This document shows, in pieces, positions 38,114-48,239 of a DNA stretch of 64,000 bases (positions are counted from its first letter, which is position 1; each line of letters starts with the position of its first letter). This DNA is from Peptococcaceae bacterium UBA7702. GTDB taxonomy: Bacteria > Bacillota > Dehalobacteriia > UBA7702. The stretch spans positions 129,325-193,324 of the forward strand of contig DLGE01000007.1 of assembly GCA_002482535.1 (NCBI GenBank), in the 5' to 3' direction. The position numbers and the translations under genes were made by a program. Under the pieces are notes generated by a model, which worked only from the letters and a program-made list of their open reading frames with translations, searched no databases and was not told the DNA's origin.

Positions 38114-39031
38114 ATGCTGCAAAACAAACAAGTCCTCTATATTTTTCTCATCATATTACAAGGATTGATCTTCGGCATCGGCAATCCCATTACGACAATC
38201 GCCTACGAAAGCGTTACGCCCTTTTGGTGCATGGCCATTCGCTTTGTCATCGCCGCCGGCATCCTCCTCCTCATCGCCGGGAGATCCGCTTGGCAGGAAT
38301 TAAAAAATACGCGTCCCGTAAACTGGTTGCCGGCCTCGATCAGCATGGCTTTGGCTTATATTACGTCCAATCTGGCCTTAAAATATACCGACGTCACCAT
38401 CGTCGGCTTTTTAATGTCGCTATCTGTGGTCTTCACGCCCCTCCTCGCTCTCTTCATCCTCCGCCGCCGTTACAGCATCGCCGTCCTGCCGGCACAGTTT
38501 TTGGCCATCGTCGGTCTTTATTTGCTATGCAGCGGCGGCGGCGGCTTCCATTTCGGCTGGGGTGAATTACTGGCCATCCTCTGCTCCCTCTGCATGGCCG
38601 GTTCCCTCGTCTGGGCCGAAGACGGTCTGGCCTATCTGTCGCCGCTGACCATCACCGTGACCCAGCTGGTGATCTCCGCGATTCTCGCCGTCGGCGGGGC
38701 GCTGCTTTTCGAACCCACGGTGACGTTTTCCGCCATCACGCCGGCAGCCTGGTGGGTGATCCTCTACTTGGCAATTTTAAGTTCCATCGTCTCCTATTTT
38801 CTGCAAAATGCCGCCTTAGAACATATTTCTTCGGGAATTGTCGCCCTGACTCAATGTTTTGAGCCGGTCTTCACCGCCGCCGCCGCTTTCCTTATTCTGG
38901 GAGAGCAGCTTACTTTCGTCGGCTGGGGCGGCGCGGCATTGATCCTGCTCTGCATCGTCTACGGCAATTACATCGAAATGAGGGTCTTAGCTCTATCGGC
39001 ATTGGGAAAAGCCGACGCCCCACCGTTATAA
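38114..39031 (+). CDS. EamA/DMT-family transporter
   Basis: Two EamA-like repeats with 10 TM segments. MLQNKQVLYIFLIILQGLIFGIGNPIT…. Confidence 0.8.
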   Translation: MLQNKQVLYIFLIILQGLIFGIGNPITTIAYESVTPFWCMAIRFVIAAGILLLIAGRSAWQELKNTRPVNWLPASISMALAYITSNLALKYTDVTIVGFLMSLSVVFTPLLALFILRRRYSIAVLPAQFLAIVGLYLLCSGGGGFHFGWGELLAILCSLCMAGSLVWAEDGLAYLSPLTITVTQLVISAILAVGGALLFEPTVTFSAITPAAWWVILYLAILSSIVSYFLQNAALEHISSGIVALTQCFEPVFTAAAAFLILGEQLTFVGWGGAALILLCIVYGNYIEMRVLALSALGKADAPPL

Positions 39032-39055
39032 CGAAATACGCTACGGCCATTACAA

Positions 39056-39107
39056 AAAGCGGGTGTGCCAAAAGTCACTTTAAGACTTTTGGCACACCCG
39101 CTTTTTC
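39056..39107. terminator. bidirectional terminator
   Basis: aaagcgggtgtgccaaaagtcactttaagacttttggcacacccgcttttt. Confidence 0.6.
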
Positions 39108-39116
39108 TCAGATTTC

Positions 39117-39848
39117 TCACATATGAAAACCGCCGTTGATATTCAGCACTTCCCCGGTGATAAAGGTGTCTTCCGCCAAAAACAGGGCGGCGGCGGCAAC
39201 ATCCTGGGGCAGTCCGATGATGCCCAAGGGCGTTTCTTCGAGCACCACTTCGCGGTCGGCAGCGCATAATGTAGCGGTCATATCCGTTTCAATAACCCCG
39301 GGAGCGATACAGTTCACCTGAATCCCCGAAGGCGCCATTTCTTTGGCCAAGGCTTTGGTGAAACCGATGAGTCCCGCTTTGGCCGCGGAATAGTGGACTT
39401 CACAAGCGCCACCGGTGACGCCCCAGATCGAGGAAATGTTGATGATCTTCCCTTTTTTTTGCCGGATCATAGGAGGCAGTACCCTGTGGCTGCAAAGAAA
39501 GGCGGATTTTAGGTTTACCGTCATCATGGTATCCCAATCTTCTTCCGTCAAGTCGATGAATTGTTTTGTTTGGGCAATGCCGGCATTGTTGATCAAAATA
39601 TCCACGTCCCCGGCGGCTTCCATCAGCCGCTTCACATCTTCTGTCTGTGAGACGTCGCCGTAAAGGGGTACCACCAGATGACCGTCGCTTGCCGCGGTCT
39701 CGGCGAGTAAGCGGAGAGGCTCCAAATGATGGTGATAATTGGCGTAGACGAAATAGCCCTTTTGGGCGAATAACGCGGCCATGGCATAGCCGATGCCCCG
39801 GGAGGCTCCCGTGATCAAAACCTTTGTTTTGCTATTTTCTTGTTCCAT
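39117..39848 (-). CDS. SDR-family oxidoreductase (3-oxoacyl-ACP reductase FabG-like)
   Basis: …VLITGASRGIGYAMA… (TGxxxGxG), NNAG, and the S…YxxxK catalytic triad (…YSAAKAG…). Confidence 0.85.
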   Translation of the reverse strand: MEQENSKTKVLITGASRGIGYAMAALFAQKGYFVYANYHHHLEPLRLLAETAASDGHLVVPLYGDVSQTEDVKRLMEAAGDVDILINNAGIAQTKQFIDLTEEDWDTMMTVNLKSAFLCSHRVLPPMIRQKKGKIINISSIWGVTGGACEVHYSAAKAGLIGFTKALAKEMAPSGIQVNCIAPGVIETDMTATLCAADREVVLEETPLGIIGLPQDVAAAALFLAEDTFITGEVLNINGGFHM

Positions 39849-39922
39849 GGTTCTTTTTCCTTTGCGCTTTTTGGTTCTTGCCGTTTCACCGGCTTTGCCG
39901 CGCAGATCAAAAAGAGCGTCCC

Positions 39923-40495
39923 TTAGGACATCGCATCCACGCGGCGGAGGAGCTTCTGATAGATCTTCTGCATGTGCTTTTCCGTTGGGTCCTTCTGCAC
40001 CGTGGCGACGTCGCGCCAGGCGACGCCGATGTTTTCGTCGGGTTTCACCTTTAGGGGCTGATGCTGAGGGGCTTCGAAAAAATAGGTGACGTTAAGGTGC
40101 AAATGGGAGGATACGTATGTTCCCCGCTTTTCATGGCCTTGCACGCCGATGATTTCCAGGGAAAGCGGCGTTGGCATCATGAGGCGAAATTCTTTTAACC
40201 CTGTTTCCTCCGTTAGCTCTCTTTCAGCCACGGAGATCAGATTCTGATCGCCGTCGGCGTGTCCCCCCACCCAGGACCAAGCCTGATAAATGTTATGGAA
40301 AACCATCAACACCTGATCGCGGCGGGAATTCATCGTCCAGGCGGAAACGGTAACATGCAGCAAGGGGTTTTTTCGGGTCAACAAGTCATCAAACGCCGTC
40401 AAATAAAAAAGCATGGCCTCTTTATCCCGATGTTCCTGCATACAGCTGGGTTCAAAGGATTCGATTAAGCCCATGAGTTGAGCCGATTCTTTCAA
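39923..40495 (-). CDS. NUDIX hydrolase
   Basis: Nudix box: …GGHADGDQNLISVAERELTEETGL…. Confidence 0.75.
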   Translation of the reverse strand: MKESAQLMGLIESFEPSCMQEHRDKEAMLFYLTAFDDLLTRKNPLLHVTVSAWTMNSRRDQVLMVFHNIYQAWSWVGGHADGDQNLISVAERELTEETGLKEFRLMMPTPLSLEIIGVQGHEKRGTYVSSHLHLNVTYFFEAPQHQPLKVKPDENIGVAWRDVATVQKDPTEKHMQKIYQKLLRRVDAMS

Positions 40496-40522
40496 TTGAT
40501 TCTTTCCCCTCTTCTTCTTTGT

Positions 40523-41044
40523 TTATTTGAGTGTAAATTTCCAGACACAGGCATAACGCTCATCAGTGAGATCCGGGTAACAACTGAGACATTCCGTTTC
40601 AATCCGCTCATCAATGGTTCTGGCAAACCCCGCGTATTCAATCATACCCACGGATTTACAGGGATGGAAAGCCATCCCCTTGCGGGCTCGGGCCGTCTGC
40701 ACCCGGCAGGCATGGACCCGGTAGATCAAGGTATCACCTTCGATTTCCACGGAATCCTCGTTCAACGGCGCATACATACGAAACCTCAGGGCCTGGCCCA
40801 AACCACAGAGCCCGCCCCGTTCCGGCAGACCCAAAAACCCCTTGATCCGCTTGGCCTCAACCACGGTATACCGGGCCCAGGCCGCCGCATCGTGCTCCAT
40901 AGCCTCATCCATCCCGTATTTTTCCTCGATGGACTGAAACCAAACCCCGTCCATGGCCAGCCAATTTTTAGAAAAATCTGCAATCAGTTCCAAAAGCTTC
41001 TCTTTCGGCAATTCCGCAATAGATTCATATTCCAAACGCTCCAT
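40523..41044 (-). CDS. hypothetical protein (173 aa; Cys/His-rich)
   Basis: ORF with a plausible RBS and no confidently recognised domain. Confidence 0.45.
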   Translation of the reverse strand: MERLEYESIAELPKEKLLELIADFSKNWLAMDGVWFQSIEEKYGMDEAMEHDAAAWARYTVVEAKRIKGFLGLPERGGLCGLGQALRFRMYAPLNEDSVEIEGDTLIYRVHACRVQTARARKGMAFHPCKSVGMIEYAGFARTIDERIETECLSCYPDLTDERYACVWKFTLK

Positions 41045-41300
41045 CTTTTCACCTTCTTAATGTTTTTGTAGATAATATATATAAAAAACGTTACACGCCT
41101 TTTATAAATTTATTTTATCACAACTATCGCCATTGTCAAAATTGTTTGTTTTTTAAAGAGTAAAAAAGCCAGACAATCAGCGGCATAGACCGCCACAAAC
41201 ACCGAAACTAAACGCCAGATCATTCCCATTGCTTTTATCAACGTTAAAATGTCAATTGTCATTTTAAGGGCTCCATGCTAAAATAAAGGAGAATGCGAGG

Positions 41301-43154
41301 TTGCTCATGCTTGAATTATTAGCGCCCGCCGGCAATTTGGAAACGCTGAAAGCCGCCTTGGATAAAGGCGCCGACGCCGTTTATGTCGGAGGCAAACAAT
41401 ACCATATGCGGCTTTTGCGCGACGATTTTCACTTTGACGATTATACATTGCGTCTTGCCGTGGAAACGGCCCACGGAGCCGGCAAGAAACTCTACGTTAC
41501 CGTCAACAGCCTGATTTTTGAGGACGAACTGAACGCGTTACGGGAATATCTCCTCTTTTTACAGGAACTCCAGGTAGATGCTTTGATCGTACAGGATTTG
41601 GGCTTACTTAAAGTCGCGTCGGAGCTGGAGCTGACCGTGGCGCGGCACAGCTCCGTTCAGATGGGGGCGAACAACGCGGAGACCCTACGGGCATTACAGG
41701 CAATGGGTATCAGCCGAGCCGTGCTATCACGCAATGTAACTTTGGCGGAAATCGCCGCCATCCACGAGCAATGCGATATGGAGCTTGAATATTTCATTCA
41801 CGGCGATGCCTGCGTCAGCCACGAGGGGCAATGCCGGCTTTCCGGTTTTGCGGCCATGAGCGGCAACCGCGGCAGCTGCCTGAAACCGTGCCGCTGGCAT
41901 TATACTCTTTGCGACGGGGAATCTTCCGGCTATCTCCTGGCCCAGAAGGATCTCGCGCTGATCGACGCCATCAACGATCTGGCCGCCGCCGGCGTCACCA
42001 GCCTAAAAATCGAGGGCCGTATGCGGGAAAGCGCCTACATTGCCCATCTCGTATCCGTCTATCGGGAAGCCATTGACCGCACAGCGGCCAAAGAAGAGCT
42101 CAAAGAGGATCTTTTGAGACACCGGATCCGGGATTTTTGCAGTGGCGGTCTCTACCGTGAGATCCGCCGCGCCGACATGGGGACAAGCGGTGAACGCGAA
42201 CCCGGTTTTGTCAGCAAAGATCACCGTTTTCGTACCATAGACCATATGCCACCGCCAAAGCCGCCAGCGCCCTCCGGGAAGAAGCTGCCAGTGCCGCAGC
42301 TTGCGGTCAAAGTACACGACCTAAAAACCTTAACCGCGGCGGCAAAGGCCGAGGCCAAGGCCCTCACCGTACCCTTGGTCCCCTTTTACCAGCATTTCTT
42401 TGATTGGACAGAAAAAGCCCTATGCGAAGCCGCGTCCATTGCCCACGGCCACGGGGCGAAACTCCGTTTGGAATTGCCCCTTGTCCTCACAGAAAAGAAC
42501 GCTTCCTATCGTCAGCGCTATCTTAAAGCACAGCGGGCCTGTGGCGGAGACGCGTTCATCGTCCACGACCTGGGTTCTCTAAGCTACTTTACCCGGGCGG
42601 GAGAGGTCTCCCTCATTGCCGGAGAGGGACTGAACCTCGCCAATCATCAGGCCATTGCCGCGGCGCTGGCCGCCGGGGCTGAATCTGCCGTACTCTCTAC
42701 AGAGCTTTGCCCTGTTGATTTAAAGGATCTGGTCCGCAATCAACCGACGGAGATCTTGATCCAAGGCCCCCTCTGCGGCATAGTCAGCGACCTTTGCTTG
42801 CTGACGGACAAAGTCTGCCCGCCGGAGAAACGCGCCTGTAAAGATAAAACGCTGTTTTTGACAGATGATATTCATCAGCGATACCGGATCATGACGGACT
42901 GCTTTTGTCAAAGTCACCTTTTCACACCCTTTGAACGCTGCGCCCTCGCTGAACTGCCATCCATTGCCGCGGCAGGAGTAAAAACCGTCGCCATTGACGC
43001 CACTTTTTACGACGCGGCGACCACCGCCGCGATCACCGAAATTTACCGAAACGCTTTGGCCGCGACAGCGAATGGTAAATCGATGGAGACTATGCTGAAT
43101 GCCATAGAGGAACTGGTCAAACAACCCCTGGCCCCGCTTTTTGCCGAAAAATAA
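41301..43154 (+). CDS. peptidase U32-family protein (PrtC/RlhA/UbiU-like)
   Basis: MLMLELLAPAGNLETLKAALDKGADAVYVGGKQYHMRL…YVTVNSLIFEDEL… is the canonical U32 N-terminus. 617 aa with an extended C-terminal domain. AAGGAG sits 9 nt before TTG at 41301. Confidence 0.85.
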   Translation: MLMLELLAPAGNLETLKAALDKGADAVYVGGKQYHMRLLRDDFHFDDYTLRLAVETAHGAGKKLYVTVNSLIFEDELNALREYLLFLQELQVDALIVQDLGLLKVASELELTVARHSSVQMGANNAETLRALQAMGISRAVLSRNVTLAEIAAIHEQCDMELEYFIHGDACVSHEGQCRLSGFAAMSGNRGSCLKPCRWHYTLCDGESSGYLLAQKDLALIDAINDLAAAGVTSLKIEGRMRESAYIAHLVSVYREAIDRTAAKEELKEDLLRHRIRDFCSGGLYREIRRADMGTSGEREPGFVSKDHRFRTIDHMPPPKPPAPSGKKLPVPQLAVKVHDLKTLTAAAKAEAKALTVPLVPFYQHFFDWTEKALCEAASIAHGHGAKLRLELPLVLTEKNASYRQRYLKAQRACGGDAFIVHDLGSLSYFTRAGEVSLIAGEGLNLANHQAIAAALAAGAESAVLSTELCPVDLKDLVRNQPTEILIQGPLCGIVSDLCLLTDKVCPPEKRACKDKTLFLTDDIHQRYRIMTDCFCQSHLFTPFERCALAELPSIAAAGVKTVAIDATFYDAATTAAITEIYRNALAATANGKSMETMLNAIEELVKQPLAPLFAEK

Positions 43155-43167
43155 AAGAAAACAAGAG

Positions 43168-43207
43168 GGTGTCCCGCAAGTCATTTTATGACTTCTGGGA
43201 CACCCTC
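43168..43207 (+). terminator. terminator hairpin
   Basis: agggtgtcccgcaagtcattttatgacttctgggacaccct. Confidence 0.5.
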
Positions 43208-43465
43208 AGGTCGTCGAGAAAGTCTGATACACGGCGAACCCTTTGGCCCACGACAGCTTGAGTACCTCCATGTACACGGCGGAGCCGCAGGCCAAAGCGT
43301 TCACGTCCGACCCTTAACCTTAGGAAAGGCCGGAGGGCTTTTCAAGGTTAAGGTAGTGCCCTTCGGCAACAAATGCCGTAGGTATTTGTCCGAAAAGGTT
43401 AAGCCTTTCTCGACAACCTCTTTTATGTATGAAACGATTTTAAAAACCTGTTTCCGTAAGGCCTG

Positions 43466-44617
43466 TTACCGCAGATCGTCACAATACGCGCTCTCGATGA
43501 TTTCCTCCACCTCTTCCACGGTGGGTTGCACGGTATTGGTGGCTAAAGTCGGGTCTGTCATGGCCATAGCGGCCAAAGCAGGAATGTCGGCGGCGCTGAA
43601 ACCGACCTCCCGCAAAGTGGGGATCTTGGCGGCGCGGACCAGCCCGTAAAAATGACCCACCACTTGTTTTGCGGCAAGGGATTGATCGCTAAAACCGCAG
43701 GCCACACCGAGATCGGCAATGCGCTCTGGGATGATCTGCCGGTGAAAATCCATGACGTAAGGCATGAACAGACCTACGGCCTGGCCGTGAGGAAGGGGGC
43801 AGATATTTTCCAGCTGAAACCCGATGCTGTGGATCAAACCCAGGCCGCTGTTGGAAAAGGCGTATCCCGCCAAAGCCGCGGCCCAACACATGTCGGTACG
43901 TCCGTCAAGATCGCGGGGTTCTTCGAGCACCGTCAGGAAAGACCGGTCAACGAGGCTTACGGACTGCAACGCCAAACCGTCGGTAAAAGGATTGTGATTC
44001 ACAGCACAATAGGCTTCCACCGCGTGGCTCAAAGCGTCCATACCTGTGGCCGCCGTAACTTCAGCGGGAAGATCCTGCATGAGATAGGGGTCACTGACGG
44101 CAAAAGCCACGAGACAATGATGATCGATGGAAACCGCTTTCGTGTGCTTTTCCCGATCGGTCAAAACAAAAGCCTGGGTCACTTCGGAACCGGTACCCGC
44201 CGTGGTATTCACGGCGATCACCGGCGCTCCTTGATGCACCGTACGGTTGAGGCCGATATAATGCTGAATCGAACCGCCGTTGGCTGCTACCAAAGAAGCG
44301 CCTTTGGCCACGTCGATGGGGGAACCGCCGCCGACGGCGATCAAATGGTCGCATTTCTTTTCCGCGTAAAGCGCCGCGGCAGCATCTACCGTAGCGGCGT
44401 CGGGGTTGGGAATCACCCGGTCAAAAACGTAATAAGGAATCCCCGCCTTTTTCAGTACTTCCGTCACGGCGGCTGTGACAGGGGACGACGCCAAAAAGGC
44501 GTCGGTGACAATTAAGGCGCAGGTAAGATTGGCTTCTTTTATAAAGTCGGCAATGGCCTGAATGCTGCCGGGGCCGACGGCAAAACGGGGCGGATAAAAG
44601 AGTTCGGTATAGTCCAT
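43466..44617 (-). CDS. iron-containing (group III) alcohol dehydrogenase
   Basis: …LIAVGGGSPIDVAKGASL… (GGGSxxD), colinear with the Fe-ADH family. RBS AAAGGAAAA. Confidence 0.85.
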   Translation of the reverse strand: MDYTELFYPPRFAVGPGSIQAIADFIKEANLTCALIVTDAFLASSPVTAAVTEVLKKAGIPYYVFDRVIPNPDAATVDAAAALYAEKKCDHLIAVGGGSPIDVAKGASLVAANGGSIQHYIGLNRTVHQGAPVIAVNTTAGTGSEVTQAFVLTDREKHTKAVSIDHHCLVAFAVSDPYLMQDLPAEVTAATGMDALSHAVEAYCAVNHNPFTDGLALQSVSLVDRSFLTVLEEPRDLDGRTDMCWAAALAGYAFSNSGLGLIHSIGFQLENICPLPHGQAVGLFMPYVMDFHRQIIPERIADLGVACGFSDQSLAAKQVVGHFYGLVRAAKIPTLREVGFSAADIPALAAMAMTDPTLATNTVQPTVEEVEEIIESAYCDDLR

Positions 44618-44666
44618 GATGATTTTCCTTTGTTGATTCCCTTTGTTTTCGCTGGCGCGGATTTTC

Positions 44667-45527
44667 TTATTTCGCCGGTTTTTTTGTGGCGAATAGAATG
44701 CCCAGGGTATTGGGGCCGCAATGGCTGGAAATGGTGCAGCTGGCTTTGGTCTCTATCACACGGTCGAAGGGCATGACACTGTCAATGGTTTCCTTCACGA
44801 GGTCAACGATGGCGGTATCGATGCTGGAATAAGTAATAAAAACCTTATCGGTGAGAATATCGTCGTACTGTGCCAATGTATCTTTGACGTATTTTGTCAA
44901 TACTTTGCTGAGACTGCCACGGTACTTTTTACCCACCTGCATACCGCCGGTGCTGTTGTCCACGACAATGCAGGGTTTAATATTCAAAAGGTTGGCGGAA
45001 AGCGCCGCCACCGAAGAGCAACGGCCCCCGGCATGGAGGAATTCTAAGGTATCCAGGATGAAGCTGCCGTGATAGCGGCGGCTATTTTCATTGAAATACC
45101 CTTGCACCGCGGCGGCACTCATACCGTCGTCCAGCATTTTTCTGGCGTCGATGACCTGAAGGCCGATGGCTCCCGAAAGATTGCAGGAATTGATGGGATA
45201 AACATGTCCCAGTTCTTCTCCGGCGAGGACGCAGTTTTGATAAGAACTGGAAAGGGCGCCGCCAAGGCAGAAATGGAGAACCTCATGACCTTGTTCCACC
45301 CACGGTCTGAAATAATCCAGGTATTCTTCGGTATTGATGGCTGAGGTCTTGGGTAAAACCTTTTTTTCATGGTAAAGGCGGAAGATCTCCGGCGGTGTGA
45401 TGTTGACATTGTCAATATATTCTCGATCTCCGATATGGATATGATACGGTATGGTACTGACTTGAAATTCCAAAAGTAATGCTTCGCTTAAATCACAGGT
45501 GCGATCCGCACTAAGGATAACGGCCAT
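44667..45527 (-). CDS. DegV-family fatty-acid-binding protein
   Basis: MAVILSADRTCDLSEALLLEFQVSTIPYHIHIGDREYIDNVNITPPEIF… RBS GAGGGGAG 6 nt before the ATG at 45527. Confidence 0.8.
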   Translation of the reverse strand: MAVILSADRTCDLSEALLLEFQVSTIPYHIHIGDREYIDNVNITPPEIFRLYHEKKVLPKTSAINTEEYLDYFRPWVEQGHEVLHFCLGGALSSSYQNCVLAGEELGHVYPINSCNLSGAIGLQVIDARKMLDDGMSAAAVQGYFNENSRRYHGSFILDTLEFLHAGGRCSSVAALSANLLNIKPCIVVDNSTGGMQVGKKYRGSLSKVLTKYVKDTLAQYDDILTDKVFITYSSIDTAIVDLVKETIDSVMPFDRVIETKASCTISSHCGPNTLGILFATKKPAK

Positions 45528-45702
45528 ATTTTCTCCCCTCTTGTTCACGATCGTTACAAGACGATATCGCTTCTTCTTATCATAGCACATTTCATAAATG
45601 AAAGAAATGCTTTTACTTTATTTTTTTAAGAATGATCCGCCGCCAGGGATATCGTCTACGGTTGACGGATCCTTTTTAAGTTCCCTTTTGGCCGTAGAAA
45701 TG

Positions 45703-45730
45703 CGGTTCCTGTTTAAGCAGGAACCGCATT
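45703..45730 (-). terminator. terminator hairpin downstream of the fused methyltransferase gene
   Basis: gcggttcctgtttaagcaggaaccgc. A second hairpin lies at 45742-45760. Confidence 0.5.
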
Positions 45731-45768
45731 GCTCATGGATCAAAGAGCCTTTGCTCTTTTTCTGCCGC

Positions 45769-47838
45769 TTATGCTTCTTTGCCTTTTTGGGCATAGAATT
45801 CTTTTGTCACGGCAAAGAAGGTGTCGATATTTTCCCAAGGCGTCAGGGGCGGAATATCGCAGCCGGAGGATATGACGAAATTCGGATGGGAGGTACATTC
45901 CTCCAGTACTTTCAGGGTGGCTGCTGACACAGTTTCAGGCGTCCCCTGGAGGAACACGCCGGCGGGATCGACGTTGCCTAAGACGAGGACATCATCGGGC
46001 ATCTTGCCGACAGCCTCCTTCATATCAATGCCGTTGCCGAAATGATAACCGGCGGCGTTGGACATCAAAATCGTGGGCAGCATCTTCACAGCCTCATTGC
46101 CGCAGTTATGATAGATCACGATAAAATCATCATCGGTCACGGCGTTGACGATGCGCCGGACATAGCGGGCGGAAACTTTCGTCGCCAAGTCCGGCGAAAG
46201 GATCCCGGCCAAAGGCTCGGCAATCACGATGCCATGAGCGCCGGCTTCCTTATAAGCCAAAGCATAATCGATGAGGAATTCCGTGACTTTTTCCAAAACA
46301 GTATGCACCATTTGCGGTTCGGTATAGCAGTAGACCATGATCTCATTGACATCCATCAGGCGGCCGGCCAAAGAGAAGGGACCGATGCAACCGGCGAACA
46401 CCGGCCGGTCGGTGACCAACTTCACGGCCCGGGCCACGGCGGCAATATTGATCCCCGTTCTGCCGCTGCCGATTTCAGGGATTTCCAGGGCTTCCGCTTC
46501 CACCTGGGAGGAAATGATTCTCCCGGTTACCGTAGGCACCTCGTCATCGGAAAAGACGATATGGGAGCCGAAGGCTTCCGCTTCCACGGAAAGATCCATC
46601 TGGCTGACGATGGCGGAGGAATCACAGTGTTCGGAGATCATTTTCATACCGATGGCCTGGAGACGGCTGTCCATAATCAATTCTTTGACCGTGATGCCCA
46701 TCATTTGGATCACCGGGAAGGACAGTACCGGGAAAGGCTTTTTCACAGGGGAGGCAATCATATCGGCGACCCACTGTTTCATATCGCGGCGATATTTCTT
46801 TTCCGTATCTTCATCACCGCGGTTCTTACCTTCGCGATCATATTCCGCGACCGCCGCAAAGAAAGCGTCGATGTTTTCCCAAGGCGTCAGGGGCGGAATG
46901 TCGCAGCCGGAGGATATGACAAAATTCGGATATTTGCCGCATTTTCGCAAAAGGTTTAACGTCGTTTCCCGGACTGTTTCCGGGGTGCCTTGACGGAACA
47001 CGCCGGAGGGATCGACGTTACCGAAGACAACGACGTCTTCCGGCATCTGCGCCATGATCTTTTCCATATCAACGCTGTTGCCAAAATGGAACCCGGCGGC
47101 ATTGGTGGATATCAGAGAAGGAATCATTTTGCCCGCTTCGTTGCCGCAGTTATGATAGATCACAACAAAATGCTCGTCGGTAACGGCTTGGACGATTTTA
47201 CGCACATAATAAGAAGATACGGTTTGCGCCAAGTCCGGGGAAAGGACGCCGGCCAAAGGTTCGGCAATGATGACACCGTTGGCCCCCGCCGCTTTTAAGG
47301 CCAAGATGTAATCGGTGATGAAATCCGTGACTTTGCGCAATACCGTATGAACCATTTGAGGTTCGGTATAGCAATAAATCATGATTTCATTGACATCCAT
47401 CAAGCGGCCGGCCAAAGAGAAGGGACCGATGCAGCCGGCAAAGACAGGGCGGTCGGTGATCCATTCCACGGCTTTTTTGATGGCGTCGATATTGACGCCG
47501 GTACGGCCACAACCTACGGGAGGAACGGTCAGAGCATCGGCTTCCACCTGGGAGGAGATCACTCTTCCCCTGACCGTCGGCACCTCGTCATCGCTGACGA
47601 CGATATTGGAACCAAAGCATTCCGCTTCCACGGAAAGATCCATCAGACTAACGGCGGCGGCGGTATCCACCCGGTCCGCCACCATTTTCATGCCTTTGGC
47701 ATAAGTGTCGCCGTCGGCAATCAGCTCTTTTACGCTAATTCCCATAAGCTGCACGGCGGGAAAGGACAAAACCGGCAAGGGTTTTTTGGTGGGTTTTGCG
47801 ATCTGTTCGCTCATCCATCTCTTCATGTCTCTCTTCAT
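45769..47838 (-). CDS. tandem-fused double MtaA/URO-D-like methyltransferase (two complete ~340-aa domains in one 689-aa protein)
   Basis: Domain 1 runs MKRDMKRWMSEQIAKPTKKPLPVLSFPAVQLMG…PPLTPWENIDAFFAAVAEY. Domain 2 runs RDMKQWVADMIASPVKKPFPVLSFPVIQMMG…PPLTPWENIDTFFAVTKEFY. The halves are about 70% identical. AGGAGG sits 10 nt before the ATG at 47838. Confidence 0.8.
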   Translation of the reverse strand: MKRDMKRWMSEQIAKPTKKPLPVLSFPAVQLMGISVKELIADGDTYAKGMKMVADRVDTAAAVSLMDLSVEAECFGSNIVVSDDEVPTVRGRVISSQVEADALTVPPVGCGRTGVNIDAIKKAVEWITDRPVFAGCIGPFSLAGRLMDVNEIMIYCYTEPQMVHTVLRKVTDFITDYILALKAAGANGVIIAEPLAGVLSPDLAQTVSSYYVRKIVQAVTDEHFVVIYHNCGNEAGKMIPSLISTNAAGFHFGNSVDMEKIMAQMPEDVVVFGNVDPSGVFRQGTPETVRETTLNLLRKCGKYPNFVISSGCDIPPLTPWENIDAFFAAVAEYDREGKNRGDEDTEKKYRRDMKQWVADMIASPVKKPFPVLSFPVIQMMGITVKELIMDSRLQAIGMKMISEHCDSSAIVSQMDLSVEAEAFGSHIVFSDDEVPTVTGRIISSQVEAEALEIPEIGSGRTGINIAAVARAVKLVTDRPVFAGCIGPFSLAGRLMDVNEIMVYCYTEPQMVHTVLEKVTEFLIDYALAYKEAGAHGIVIAEPLAGILSPDLATKVSARYVRRIVNAVTDDDFIVIYHNCGNEAVKMLPTILMSNAAGYHFGNGIDMKEAVGKMPDDVLVLGNVDPAGVFLQGTPETVSAATLKVLEECTSHPNFVISSGCDIPPLTPWENIDTFFAVTKEFYAQKGKEA

Positions 47839-48239
47839 AAACAACATACCTCCTCTTTCTCTTCAATACTCTCATACTCTCTTTTTTTCTCTTTCCGTCT
47901 TTGTAACATCTCTCACTGTTGCATATGATATATAAAAGGCGCTCCAGTTTATTAAGCCGCGCGCCTTCATACCGTTATGTCGAATCCATTGATTGGTCTT
48001 TTCTGTAGTATATCCTTGGTGTCGATTTTTGTCAATCGGTTTCCCTGAGGAACATATGAGATTAAACCATAACAAAGAAATTCAACCAAATGTTTATTCT
48101 AAGAGCGGCTATTTCGACAATCCCTGTGGTGGTCTTTGTTTTCCTTACCCATACCGCAAAACACCGGGATTTTATTTGGTTTTCCGCTAAAATTATGCTA
48201 TAATGCGTTGTATATCCCATAAAAGCAAGGAGTTTCCCC

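Noticed and set aside
44091-44354. Arg-rich short ORFs (44091-44354, 20172-20441, 58315-58566, 14523-14744)
   Set aside because: Low-complexity translations in alternative frames of well-supported genes.
45769-47838. ~1-kb internal direct repeat as an assembly or duplication artefact
   Set aside because: The two halves differ at about 30% of residues throughout. A collapsed or duplicated assembly would be near-identical.
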